A stretch of 63,688 nucleotides of DNA, filler included, from Octopus bimaculoides (taxonomy: Eukaryota): NCBI RefSeq assembly GCF_001194135.2. It is 7 parts of 7 records of this genome, joined end to end, with 100 filler letters (N's around TTAATTAATTAA, not from the genome) between each part and the next. Parts side by side here need not be neighbours in the genome. Positions count along the whole stretch, not along the records: positions 35,419 to 59,683 come from NC_068988.1; positions 59,784 to 61,920 come from NC_068990.1; 5 more parts are not named here. The stretch is one strand, 5' to 3'. Position 1 is the stretch's first letter. The number at the start of each line of letters is the position of its first letter. Shown piece after piece: positions 48,592 to 61,920 of this stretch. The notes under the pieces were generated by a model, which saw only the letters and a program-made list of their open reading frames with translations, was not told the origin of the DNA and made no database searches. A program made the position numbers and the translations under genes.

Positions 48592-48806
48592 TATATATNN
48601 NNNNNNNNNNNNNNNNNNNNNNNNNNNNNNNNNNNNNNNNNNNNNNNNNNNNNNNNNNNNNNNNNNNNNNNNNNNNNNNNNNNNNNNNNNNNNNNNNNNN
48701 NNNNNNNNNNNNNNNNNNNNNNNNNNNNNNNNNNNNNNNNNNNNNNNNNNNNNNNNNNNNNNNNNNNNNNNNNNNNNNNNNNNNNNNNNNNNNNNNNNNN
48801 NNNNNN

Positions 48807-48837
<31 letters not shown>

Positions 48838-48939
48838 ATTTTTGTTTCTATGTTCAAGTATAATAAAAACATTCTTACATTAATCTAATAGGCTACCCTA
48901 TACTTTTTTACAGAACAAATTTCTTAGTCTTAAAAAAGG

Positions 48940-50700
48940 ATGTTGTTGACAGTGACTTCGAAGATTCGGCCACCTACGCCACCGTCGTTCTGCGATGCAT
49001 TAGAGTTAGTGCTGCCTTTATATAGTCTCTGTTGAGTTAAAAATCATCTTTGGATGTATGCGTTTGAGTGGTAGAAAATTTTCATTTAATTAAATTAGGG
49101 ATTATATTGTTACTTAGAATTTATTAATGCATTTGGAACTTTGTCAATAATCTTGTAGGTGTTTTTCTTTTGTTAGGTAGGCACAAGGTATGATAGTATT
49201 TTTGTTGACAATGTACCGGTCACAGGTACAAAGTCCAGTATTTAAGCCTTTAGTAATTGGGAGTTTAAACTTTTTTGACGAAATAATGTAACCAGGTGGT
49301 AAGTTTATTTAGATCGGTCATTTCTTTACTTGTTTTTATTTTGGCTATTTCTTGTTTTCACTTGGGAGTATGGGTTTATTAGTCAGGAATGCCATGACTT
49401 TGTTACTTTAGAAAGTTGTTTTTCTTCTCTTCTGATGTTCACAAAGGTTTCTCTCTCGGTTTTCATTTTTCTATAAGCAATTTGATTAGTTTATAGGGAT
49501 TTTAACCTTCCTGTTTTGTGGCGGTAGAGTTTGTTTAGTGTTTATTTACAAAACTTTTTGAGATTCTGTTCTAGATATATGCTAAAGTAGGGCTGATATA
49601 GGTGTGTATACATACACGTATGAAAATGGGAACAAACATATAATACAATTTAATTTTTTTTTAAATATAAAGGAAAAGGTTCTTTCTCTTTGCTTGCAAA
49701 CTAGTATACATTGTATGTGTGTGTGTATATATGTATTTGTTTGTGTAGAAAACCTTTCGTGGGAATTTTAGTTGGAGGTAGGGAGACTTTTACATAGTTT
49801 CCAATTTACTTGGTTGTGTAAAAGTGTAAAGATGTAAGAGTGTTTTTTAATTTAATTTTATGGGGATGGTTAATAGTGTAGGTGGATGGCGGGGAGTTTG
49901 TGAGGAGATATTAACAAGTTTAGCCATTAGAAAGGATAATAGGTTTGAAGCGTTTTAATGTTTTTTAAGATTTTGTGCTTGAATGAAGAGGCTAGGTCGG
50001 AGTTTCGGTGTAGGATTTCGGCCATGAATGTTAGAATGTGATAGGATTCAATGGTACAAAGTTGGCAGGGTTTGTTATTACTTTGGTATGTTTGTGCGTG
50101 GGAAAGTACTTTCCACTAAACGGAGTTTCTTTTATTTTAATCGTCACATACATTTGGGTAGTGACATAACATTTTTCTTGTTTGGGTTGCGAAAAGTGTG
50201 TGTGAGTCGGTTCTATCGTATCTTTAACTAGTTTGCTGTAGATCTTATGTATGTAGATGTAGTAGTTGATGTCATGTTTGTGGTTACTGTTGCGCTAAAT
50301 ATGATATTTCTTGAGAGAATATTTCCATGTAGAGAGCAGGATGAAGGTGTTCTACAAGTGCAATTGCTATTGTGTTTGCGGTTTAGGTCTTCAGTTTTAA
50401 ACAAGGCTTGGTGCTTGCAGTCGGATACAGTTTCTTCAAAGTTGTTTGTAGAGGAGTTGGACAATTTTACATTGTTTAGTTTATTAGTTTGTAATACTTG
50501 TGGTTGGGGTGGAAGTGTTTCTGCACTATCTTGAAATCTAATTTAGGTATTGGTGTAAAGAGTTGTATGGTGATGGGGGATTATACCGCATAATTTTCCT
50601 TTTTCCTATTCTCGTGTATTTTATTTATTGTGGGAAGATTTTTGTTTACACATTGCACTTTTTCCTTGGAAGTACTATTATTGAGAGCTTCGTCCCTCGA
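48940..50700 (-). mobile_element. Penelope-like element: linker, GIY-YIG endonuclease and 3' region
   Basis: RKRKIMRYNPP..KHFHPNHKYYKL..VKLSNSSTNN..CTCRTPSSCSL..NIIFSATVT..TYIRSTAN..WKVLSHAQTY..CQLCTIE; the assignment of 48940-49950 is less certain. Confidence 0.8.
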
Positions 50701-50709
50701 TGGTTTAGC

Positions 50710-51255
50710 ACAAAATCTATTCTGCTACTTATCATGAGGATGCTATACAGCTAACAACCTAAATTTTAACCATTGAACTACATACAAACGACTCTTGCCC
50801 ACTCTCCCACCAGACAGATTAAATTTGGACTGTCTTGAATATAACTAAACATGTTCACTCAACCATCTCGGCCTTCTTTTTTAGCTGCAAAATATACTGT
50901 CACATGACACTAACGCACGGACATAGCGGGAAACGTACAAAAGGTTATAAACTTAATGAAGTGTTCATTCTTTACAAACACTTGACAGAAAACATTCAGA
51001 GAATTGATTGTTTGGACTTATTCAGTCAACCGTGTCAGCCTTAACGTACGACGCCAAACATTGTTACTTTAAAATAACACACAGATGTAGCGGGGAACCT
51101 ACAAAAATTTCTAAGACTAGTCATGTGACTATCCTCTACCAATCAAATCCTATTCAAAACATATTCTAATTTGAGACATGAACTCCCTATGAAAACAGGG
51201 CAAACCTCAAACACTAGTCAGAATTAAGACAGTTGCGACATAAGCCACGTGTTTC
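50710..51255 (+). mobile_element. 3' region/pLTR of the Penelope family seen at 38540-39450
   Basis: Reverse complement of 38600-39130 at about 80% by eye, including the internal ACACAGA-GTAGCGGG-AAC repeat. Confidence 0.8.
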
Positions 51256-51257
51256 AG

Positions 51258-51686
51258 TGAAGGATTTCGACCATGAATGTTAGAATGTGATAGGATTCAA
51301 TGGTACAAAGTTGGCAGGGTTTGTTATTACTTTGGTATGTTTGTGCGTGAGAAAGTACTTTCCACTATACGGAGTTTCTTTTATTTTAATTGTCACATAA
51401 ATTTGGGTAGTAACGTAACATTTTTCTTGTTTGGGTTGCGAAAAGTGTGTGTGAGTTGGTTCTATTGTATCTTTATCTTGTTTGCTGTAGATCGTATGTA
51501 TGTAGATGTAGTAGTTGATGTCATGTTTGTGGTTACTGTTGCGCTAAATATGATATTTCTTGAGAGAGCATTTCCATGTAGAGAGCAGGATGAAGACGTT
51601 CTACAAGTGCAATTGCTATTGTGTATGTAGTTTAGGTTTTCAGTTTTAAACAAGGTTTGGTGCTTGCAGTCGGATACAGTTTTTTC
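51258..51686 (-). mobile_element. Duplicated endonuclease segment of the 48940-50700 element
   Basis: Direct copy of 50010-50440 at about 90%. Confidence 0.9.
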
Positions 51687-51831
51687 ACGTGTTTCTATTT
51701 TAACTCTGTGAAAATCAGTGTAAACTCTGAAACCGGTTAAAGTTTCAAATATTTTAATAAAAAATATCTTAACTATTCTCAGTGCCTTTTCAACTTCTAT
51801 TTTTCCTATATATATGTATGTGTGTGTGTGA

Positions 51832-51882
<51 letters not shown>

Positions 51883-52179
51883 NNNNNNNNNNGAGGAGGA
51901 GGAGGAGGAGGACGCTTTCACTATAAGCCCTCTTGATCTAGACAACAAGTAGTACGGCATAAAATCGTATATACAAAATAAATTGTTTTAAGGAGGTAGA
52001 ATTTATTTTGTTGTTTATTTTATGTAGTATATAGTGCGCAATAGCGTCGTTTGGTTGTTGCTCTCAAAATAACTCTTTACTGGTTTGCTGCATTTCACGC
52101 AGGAAAACTAATCAAGGATTAAATCGATGCAGCTAATTCTAAACGGCGTCTTTATGCGGAAGTACCTTATATATATTTA

Positions 52180-52346
52180 GGCGCAGGCGTGGCTATGTGG
52201 TAAGAAGCTTGATTCCCAACCACATGGTTCTTGGTTCAGTACCACTGCCTTGCACCTTGGACAAGTGTCTTCTACTATACCCTTGGGCTAACGAAAGCCT
52301 TGCGTGTGAATTTGGCAGACGGAAACTGAAAGAAGCAAGTAGTATA

Positions 52347-52408
<62 letters not shown>

Positions 52409-52602
52409 TCCCCCCCATCACCACTTGACAACCGGTGTTGGTGTGTTTACGTGCCCGTAATTTAGCGGCCCGGTAAAGAGACCGATAGAATATCAGTACT
52501 AGGCTTTATAAAAATAAGTCTTGGGGTCAATTTATTTGACTAAAACCATTTAAACCTGTGCTCCAGTATGGCTACAGTTAAATGATTGAAAGAAGTAAAA
52601 GA
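52180..52602 (+). mobile_element. SINE family A, full length
   Basis: tRNA head, GCACCTTGGACAAGTGTCTTC, internal (GT)n, second half and 3' tail. Confidence 0.85.
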
Positions 52603-52615
52603 ATGGAAAAAATAA

Positions 52616-53125
52616 GGCGAACTGGCAGAATGCTCAGGGGCATTTAGTCCATCTTGAGATTCTGAGTTGAAATTCCACTGCGGTCGACTTTACCTTTTAT
52701 CATTTCAATGTCGAAGAAAAGAGAGTACCAGTCGAGTAATGGGGTGGAAGTAATCGGCCTGCCCCGTCTCCTCCACTCGCTGGCCTTGTATCAAAATCTG
52801 AAATCAATATTTTGTGTAAAAAATATATCAGAATTGTTAGCATGCCGGACAAAATGCTTAGCGGTACTTCGTCCGTCTTCAGGTTCTTAGTTCATATTCT
52901 GCCGCGGTGGACGTTTTCTAATCTCGAAGAATCGTTAGCACGCCGACAAAATGCTTAGCGGCATTTCGTCCGTCTTCACGTTCTCAGTACAAATTCTGCC
53001 GATGCTGACTTTACCTTTCATCCTTTGTGGTCAATAAAAGAGTACAAGTGGAGTACTGAGGCGGATGTAATCGACTTAACCCATCCCCTAACTTGCTGGC
53101 CTTGTGCGAAAATTTGAAATAAATG
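52616..53125 (+). mobile_element. Three tandem SINE family B copies (52616-52808, 52829-52915, 52928-53125)
   Basis: Repeated CAGAAT-GTTAGCA-GCCG-ACAAAATGCTTAGCGG heads in the same orientation. Confidence 0.8.
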
Positions 53126-55490
53126 TTTTAAATAAAATATGTGTTTTCAGTTTGAAAAATAAAATCAATATATATATATATATAGCCTGCCTCAGCATAT
53201 TACCCGTCTGACGAATTCCACTAAGAAGAAATTGATCGACCTAAAGATATGGTATAACTTGACGTGTGTTCTGAGCAAATGGAGCAAATTCGAAACTACG
53301 TGGTGGCAAAGACAGCTTCTTAACCACAAAGCCACGTCTGCATCTAATCTTAATGGAATGAATTTTTTATTCTTTATCTTCTTCTATAGTCAAGTATTTT
53401 ACATATAATGAAAATACCTTACACTTACTATTGTAAATATAAATTAGTTGTTGTTATTACGCTCATGTTTATTATCCCCGAGTTTATTGGTTAACACAAG
53501 CTTCCTATTAGTGTGCTACTGTTGTTTTGATCAGCAGTGTGTAAAGGATTTTTTGAAGATATTTCATGCATCATATTTATTATTATTTTTGATGTTCTTG
53601 TTGCTGCTGTTATTAATATTTTATATATATATTTATTGTTATCCGTATCAAAGTGTGTGCATATAAAAACGTATATCTATTCATACACACATATGATACA
53701 TACAGCAGGTAAAGAAAGAGAAAGAGAGAAACAAAGTCGGGGAGAAGAGCATGTAAGAGAGATGGGGAGTGTGTGAGAGTTAGTAACAATCGTGAAAGCA
53801 TTATCCCTTGTTGAATTTTGCTGAAAATGCCATCAAACATGACACGTATGATCCCAAAGTTTATTACGGATACATTGGTATTATGTTTCCACATGGAATC
53901 ATCGGTCTCTATAATGTAACTGACTGTTTCATTGTTTAAATTTGTTTTTGGATGCTTTGCTTACTTTCTTATAATCTTGTTTTCAACGAAATTAAAATGT
54001 AATCAACCATTTCAGGAATTATATTGCCTCAGGAATTTTCTTATATTCTAGGTTTTTAATGGAATTATTTTCTTATTTTCTATCTCACCCTCTTTCTATT
54101 TCTCTCTTTCTCTTTCTCTCTCTCTATCTCTATCTCGCTTTGTCTCTCTCTTCCGAAATCAATATAAATATTTAAAAGAAAACCTTTTGGCAGCAATATG
54201 CGAAAAGCAAATGTGAAAGGGTGAGGGATTGCTAATGTTTAAATTAAACACGTGTAAGCTCTATTCAATAATATGACCTACACATTGGCAATTTCAGGAT
54301 GGACATTTGATTAAAAGTCGACGGAATTCTAAACACAGAGAGTTATAGACGTATGTTATTAATACATTATACTGTAACCTGAAGTCTGTGTTTGATTGAA
54401 CGTTCATATTCAAGCATGGAAATATTAGAAAACGCACAGAAAGAAAAAAATATTTAAACGTGAAGGAATCTTGCAGGTTATGGAATGTCATTCTCAGATT
54501 AATTATATGCATATAAGCATGGATAAAGGAATCCTGGGAGTGACCTTGCATTGGTTTAGAATAGTTTTATTCCTTTTTTCTTTGCATGTCCATTTCTGTT
54601 GTTTATAGAAAACATTTTTTAGAAAATGTTCTTCTAAGAATCGCAGTGCTACTGAAAGAGAAAAAAGGGCTGGTTAAATATTAGTTTCTTTTAAGAAGGA
54701 ACAAAGGACGCATATTTTGGAAGAAAAGGGAAATTGGGTATTTGTACCATTTGTTATATTCCCATGATATTTTACAGCATCTGTTAAGCGAAATTACTTC
54801 GATGGGAAATTTAGTCACATATTCGACTCAGAACAAAGCTTGTCTTTATCGCTGTACATAATGTTGGTTTCTTCCTTAGGGTTAGATAAATGATGCAAAG
54901 AAGGAATATAATCGACTTCGGTGTATGACAATTGATAACTTCCCAATGAATTGAAAGAAATTAATTTTTGAAGTTAGTTGCTAACATGAAGCAATGTATC
55001 AGCACCATAACTTCCTATTTCTTTTCATCTAAATAATTTCATATATCACATCAGTAGATTTACAAGCCACCGGCTTGCTGTGACCAGAATTTGGTTTCTA
55101 TTGTCGGTTCCAGAGAAACCATTTCAGTTTCTCTGCAATCGATTATATATCTGTAGTGAGAAAAGAGGTGTCCATCAATGTGAACAAATCTCATTCCTGT
55201 ATCCGCACTCCTATAAATATTTGCACTCCTGCAAAAAAGAAAAAAAAACATTGCTATTGGAATCTAGCAATCTAATTAATAGCTAATCTAAATCTTAATT
55301 ATTTTTTTTTTACTCCGCTTATATATATACAATATCTTTGAAACGAGGATATGCCCAGCGTCATTGAATTTTTTTTTGTCTCATGAGACTTGTGACTGAG
55401 ACTTGTGACAAAAAAATCCATGACTATTATTATTGTTGTTGTTGTCGTTGTTGTTGTTGTTATTGGTGGTGGTGGTGGTGGTGGTATACC

Positions 55491-55680
55491 GTGAGCTGGC
55501 AGAATCGTTAGCATGCCAGGTAAAATGCTTAGCGACATTTCCTTCTGAGTTCAAATTCTGCCTAGGTCGACTTAGCCTTTCATGCTTTCAGGTTTGATAA
55601 AATAAGTACCAGTTGAACACTGGCGTTCATGTAATCGACTCATTCCCTCCCGCCAAATTGCTGCCCTTGTGGCAAAAACA
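55491..55680 (+). mobile_element. SINE family B
   Basis: GTGAGCTGGCAGAATCGTTAGCATGCC..TTCTGAGTTCAAATTCTGCC..GCCTTTCATGCTTTC..AAATAAGTACCAG. Confidence 0.8.
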
Positions 55681-55681
55681 G

Positions 55682-56870
55682 CAAAGGTGAATCTTTCTGG
55701 AAGATGCACTTTTAGATCGTTACCTCATCTAAGTGCAGTTTGTTACAGAAAAGACGTGCTTTCCAACTAGGCATGCTGTTCTTGATCAGTGCACGCACAT
55801 TCGCAGTTACTCCACACATGTCAAGTGTTTCCAGAATTCACGAATGTAGCAGTTTTTTGCACAAGTTTTTTTTATAACGTTTCCAATTCTTCATTACGAC
55901 CTTGTCTATAACAAGGTGGTCCTTGGTGCCCATGGACTCTTTTCGGCATCCCTTTTGTACCACTGAAAATAGATTTTTTTTCCCCAAGGAACGTATGTAT
56001 TTTTCCTACGAGGTTGCCTGTTAATACTTTACATAAGATGTTAAGATAAACAATGGGTCGGTAATTGCCAACCTCATTGCCTTTTAACCAATCAATCATA
56101 AACAATTTTGTCTTTCTCTCTATAATCCATTCCGGAACTACAACACTCTGTTGGCAATGGTCTAATTGCATACCAAGTCATTTGTGTGTTGACCTAAACC
56201 ACTTAAGCTTGTAACCTTGGATTCCATCTAGCCCAGCCACTCTCCAGTTTGGCAGTTTTGATACCTGTGTAATTACTTTTTCTGTTGTTAATTGCTCATG
56301 ATCTCACAGAATGAATCCACTCAGCACTGCGGTTGTGGGAAACCTCTTGCCCCCAGATGTTATTCCAAAATTGGTGGGTTTCCTCTAGTTCGGGTAGTAT
56401 ATTATCTTTTATGCCTCCACATAAGCTCTTAAAAGTCTGTCACTGGTTATTTGTGAATAACCTGTTTTGATGGAACTGCGATATCTGATCAGTATGGCGC
56501 CCTACCTGCAATGTGTTTTGCCGGAATACGTTGTTTTAGTGTTTCGATAACCGTGTTGAACCCTTTTTCTATATGGAATTTTCTTTCAACTTCTTTAGCA
56601 TGTTTCCATTGCCCTTTGGATCGTTCTCCTATGTGACTCAGATCCTCACGTAGGTTTTAATGTCACCATGGCTTACCTGCGTCCACCCTGGCTCCTTCTG
56701 TCAACCCGATTTCCTCTCTTCTTTAACAACCAGTTCACCTACTAAACTTTAAGCGATTTAATCAAGTCCCCTGTTTCCGATAGATCTTTCGTTGAAGATA
56801 CTTCGAGATTCCATCAAACTGTTGGGTTGCGTCTTCCTCTTTATATCAATTTAGCGATTACATAATTCAA
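55682..56870 (-). mobile_element. R4/NeSL-like LINE: pre-RT region and RT domains 0-4
   Basis: LKQRIPAK..FWNNIWGQEVSHNRSAEW..NWRVAGLDGIQGY..NYRPIVYLNILCKVLTG..GTKDHLVIDK..LETLDMCG..SMPSWK..IFQKDSP; frameshifted. Confidence 0.85.
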
Positions 56871-57175
56871 CGGCAACGCATCTGCAAAAAAATATTCATC
56901 ATAACCAAATTCCATCCACGTTTATATTCATGTGGCAGAGAAAGGGAGACGACATCCACCAACACTACTGTAATCTTTGATAAAGTCATAAAAACGAATG
57001 CCACGAGTTAGACTGACACCTGGTTACAGCCACTGGGAGCTCGTGCTGTTGCTGCTACAGCTGCTGTTGCTGCAACTGATACTGCTGTTACTAAAAACTG
57101 TATCAGTCATTTACTGCTACTTGTAACACTTTGCAACAATCAGCGTGAAACGAAATATATTAGTATTCTTTTATT

Positions 57176-57441
57176 CCTTTAATTGTTTCAGCCAAGAACT
57201 TATTCTTTGTAAGCCTAGTAACTATCGGTCCTTTTGCCGAACCTCTAGGTTACGGGGAAATAAACACATACACACATGGCGAGGGGGACAGACACATACA
57301 CACATGCACATACACTCACACACATATATATACGACGAGCATCTTTCAGTTTCCATCGAGGCTATAGTAGAAGACCGTTGCCCAAGGTACCACGCAATGG
57401 GACTGAACCCGAAACCATGTGGTTGGGAAACAAGCATCTAA
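57176..57441 (-). mobile_element. SINE family A with internal deletions
   Basis: Reverse complement of the head, CORE-like segment, internal SSR and part of the second half. Confidence 0.75.
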
Positions 57442-57721
57442 GTAAAACACGTGAACTTCACTGTCATTATTAAAAATTAATTTAATATATGCCAATTTAT
57501 TTTATCTTTTATTTCAGCCTGGCTAAGTCGTCTTTTTAAAGCGATTGAAACCCATGCCTGATTTTTTAGTTTAAAAATGTAAACACTTTTTCTAAAATGT
57601 TTTTCCATGATAAAGTTCTTCAACCAATTATTAACTTCACATTTTTTCAATGCACACGCACGCACACATTTATGTACATACATACAAACATGCATCCACA
57701 CACATACGTACACATACACAC

Positions 57722-57802
<81 letters not shown>

Positions 57803-59129
57803 CTCAATCGATTGAGTATATATAGTTATATAAATGTCACCAGTTCATTATTTAAAATCGAAACGGAAACAGTTAATTATTTTGATGTTGATGAAACATG
57901 TTATACACGAAAATATCTTTTTTGAAACTATGACCCTTTACCAAAATCTTGTATTTATTATAGTGTCTCTTGGATAATAATAGAAAATAATGCACAATAA
58001 AAAATATATTTGAAGAACATTTTGTGTATATTAAGAGTGATGTGGAAAGGATACAAAAAATCCTCCGACAGAAATTCTAAAAATGTGATTATATATATGT
58101 TTCTATTATGATAGCTGTACCCGCTTTCTAACCAATCTAATTTACAATACACGTTTGTTTCATTTGTGTTGGAAGTCAAACTTCATGCGCAAGTGAGTGT
58201 GGCGTTATAAATGAGTATAATTATATTAAATCTTGGTTAACAAATAATACGAAACGTATAGTATTTGAGATATGTAGAAATTCGGAGCTTTTATTCGGCA
58301 AGTGCAGCTTACAACAACCAAAATCCCACAACAAAATCGAGGTAATGTCGAACTTAATGTTATAAGCAACAAGTAAAATTCATTTAAACCACTTAAAATT
58401 GAAACTGAATCCAATAAATTAGAATCAAAATCGCTGTAATGTTTCACAGTATGCATTTACTTTAGTAATATACTTCATTTATATATCATTTTAATGTCAG
58501 AGATTTTGATTATTGATTTCGAGTGATCTAAAGACGGAAAAAAAGACGTTCAGAACATGTACTATTTGCCATGTGAATCTGTGATTTACAGGCAGCAGTC
58601 CGGATTAATATTGAGTTAAATTTAAAGAAGTGGCTGTCCAAGCAATGAAATTACTCCCTATAATTAATAGAAACCTGACAAGTGAACTAATGAGAGATTT
58701 TAGCATCGATAAAATAGGAAGCAAGTGACCTAATTGTTTCGTTTGGCGTGTTAAGTGCCAATAATTTTGATAGGATTCTGCTGAAATCACATACATGTCA
58801 GAGAAGGTATTGAAGTTCCAGAGAAGTTAACTGCCAATTATGAACACATTAAAGGTGTCATGAGCCCTTTTATTACTATATTTTAGACACCCACTTTAAC
58901 AAAATTTCCAAGGATAGTTTTCTTGCAGAGCGAGTTCAGTCGATGACGAGAATGGATATAAATACTAATTAAATGACTAAAGGTATCTTATAAGTTATTT
59001 ACAGCATGTTTTAAAACATCTGGACGTCTAATATGTCCTTTGGCATATACATAACATCAGTGAAATGCAAGATCAGTGTGATGGCTGTTGTTGAAATGAT
59101 TTTCAATCATGCATGTTTTTATATAATTA

Positions 59130-59683
59130 CTAGCAGAAATAGCCGGCGTTGCCCGGGTTAAAGAGAATAATGAAATCTAAAAACGCCGTCTAGACTACGC
59201 AGCCCTCAACTGTTAGTAGCTACGATACCATATTTCTACATTAATAACTCTCCAATCTATGCCAGCATGGAACATAGATATTAAGTGGAATGCTAGAAGA
59301 AAAACTTTTCAACTCATATGTACATAAAGTAAATACACGTAATTCAGAAACACGTTTTGTGTATTTTATTTCATAACCAAACAAACAGGTACAGATTATA
59401 AATAATGAAAGGCCAATTTTGGTGATTCATTTGACAGAGGTAGTAGAGAGACAATGCGATGATAAATCTGAGGTTGGATCTTGAAAGTTTGGATGAATGC
59501 TGCCTCAGTTAAATCTCTTGTGGTTCCAAATGATGTCATCTGTAGTACAGCGTCGTATTGTCTAATTTTGTTTTGCAAATGTTAGGAATCTTGGTCAGTT
59601 GATGATAACAGTTTCTTCAATAGCTCTGGAAGTTGGGGATTGTGGAATTGTTGGGAATGTTTTTAACTTTGGTGTTATATGTA
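59130..59683 (-). mobile_element. Helitron relic: RepHel fragment joined to the 3' terminus
   Basis: QNKIRQYDAVLQMTSFG..TFKIQPQIYHRIVSLLP..PK (59396-59578) matches the pre-Rep motif IRxYN..FQMTSFG..FKIQGQxYHRIGSLLP; hairpin CCGG-GCAACG-CCGG (59143-59156), then CTAG|T. Confidence 0.8.
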
Positions 59684-59783
59684 NNNNNNNNNNNNNNNNN
59701 NNNNNNNNNNNNNNNNNNNNNNNNNNNTTAATTAATTAANNNNNNNNNNNNNNNNNNNNNNNNNNNNNNNNNNNNNNNNNNNN

Positions 59784-60819
59784 AACAAGAAATTTAGTTA
59801 GGAACATTTTACTTAGATTATCAAATTTATCCACAAATGAAAATATTTTCAATAAGGAAGCTGACTTTTACAACTCTGCTTTATTAAAAGCAGGATATAG
59901 AGAAAAAGTTAGTTTTATTAATTCCACTTACGAAATCGATACCCGTAATAATATAGATATTAATATTAACAGCAACGATAAATATAATTATCATTCTCAT
60001 CATAAAACTATTGACGATAACAAACAAACAAACATTTCTTTACATTATAGGGGAGGTAACCGACAGTTTAAACCCTTTTTCAATAATAACAATAATAAAT
60101 TGAAACTATTTAGAAATAATAATAGCACACATTCTAAACCAGAATCTGATAAAAAGATTTGGTTACTCAAACACTAAAAACATCTCGCAAATAATATCCG
60201 CACACAATATGAGGCTATTAAATTCACAAGAGAGTACCGATAGCAAAACATTAAGTCAGGCATTATAAACCATTACCATAATAACAATAATAATACTAAT
60301 AATAAACCAAGGAACAATAATTATAATATGATGTATAATAATAATAATTACAACAACATCATTATTTCGGAAGTTAATAGCAAAAGAATTAGTTTTTTAA
60401 GTGATAATGCCAAACTCAAAAACACTATATATCAATGCCAGGTCAGCACTCCTACAAATGTGTCCTTTTATATTGGATCATCTTCTTCGCCAATATTCTC
60501 CAGAATTTCCAATCATTATTCATCCTTTAGAGATAGAAGCAAACGAAATACCACGAGCCTTAGTAAATTAGTTTGGGAACTCAAAGACAATAACATAAAA
60601 TTTAAAGAAGACTGGCTAATTCTTTCCATATCTAGACCATATGACAAAGGTAGAAGATTTTGTCCATTATGTAATACCAAGCTATTTTTTATTTTATTCT
60701 CAAAGAATATACTGGTGAACACGTTCATCGAAAACTCATACAGATGTAAACATTGGCAGCAACACGTGTTCACAGCATTCAGAGAAAAAATACTTATTTT
60801 TATAACTCTAACAAATTAA
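59784..60819 (+). mobile_element. Penelope-like element: RT thumb, Asn-rich linker and GIY-YIG endonuclease
   Basis: RLSNLSTNENIFNKEADFYNSALLKAGY; FGYSNTKNISQIISAHN; IYQCQV..FYIGSS..RISNHYSSF..TSLSKLVWELK..WLIL..PY..CPLC. Confidence 0.85.
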
Positions 60820-61884
60820 CTTGTAACATATTAGTTCCTCAAATAATTCAAGAGACACATGTCAATTATACCTTTATATGTAAAAAGATATCGTAGACTG
60901 ATTTTGCTTGATATATGTTATCTTAACACTCTTAATTTGTAAACCCAAATTAGAACACCAATAACATCTATAAACATACACTAGAACATTATTTTCAGTT
61001 TAATTCAACATAAACATTACCTCATACAATGTCTAATATGCTATGCACTTGATTTCATATTTCATTGTACTTCCAAATCATTCTTTTACTACTTTCAATT
61101 TATTCAGCAAAAATAAGAGTTATTTATCATGGTCATAGTTACATTAGTGGCAGTATTCCAAGTCTACAAATTTAATTTATCATCTTAAACTTTCCCAGAA
61201 ACATCTAAAATTCTGAAAACAATCCTATTTCACTTGTTTACTTTCATCGTAAGATGAATCCCAAGCATTTAAATATTCTATTCTATGACGTATTAATTAC
61301 TGATCAACATGACATTCTGTTTCATCTCTCGGAAAACCCTTGCATTAACAGATATGGAACGTGATCACCAAAGTAAACTTTGATAATAATATTAACTTTG
61401 TCTTTACAAGTAATTTTTACTCCTTCAACCCCTACTCTTGCCCATTTTATTTACATCTAACTTAATAACATAATCCATTTCTGTAGATTAATAGACCACC
61501 CATTAACTTTATTAATTAATTGTCAATCATTTAATATCTTACTAATATAAGCATCACTTTCCTATACATATTCCACTGCTTTAATATCAATCACCACACA
61601 ACCACCGTACTAAGGAGTGCATACAAATGCGTGTATGTATCCATGTGCATACATACACATATGTGTGTGTGTGTGTGTGTGTGTGTATACATGTGTAAGT
61701 ATGTTTGTGTGTATATGTGTGCGTATGTGTGTACATTCTTATATATGTATGAAATTATATGTAGGTGTGTGTATATATTTGTTTTAAAATATATATGTAT
61801 GTGTATATGGATGGATGGATTTATATTTATATATATATATATGTATGTGTGCATGTATATGTATGTAAATATATATATATGTAT

Positions 61885-61920
<36 letters not shown>

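Noticed and set aside
53204-53245. CTGACGA-ATTC..GAA-GAAAT as a hammerhead
   Set aside because: No cleavage triplet and no stem I.
54876-54886. TTAGGGTTAG as interstitial telomere
   Set aside because: Fewer than two units; expected by chance.
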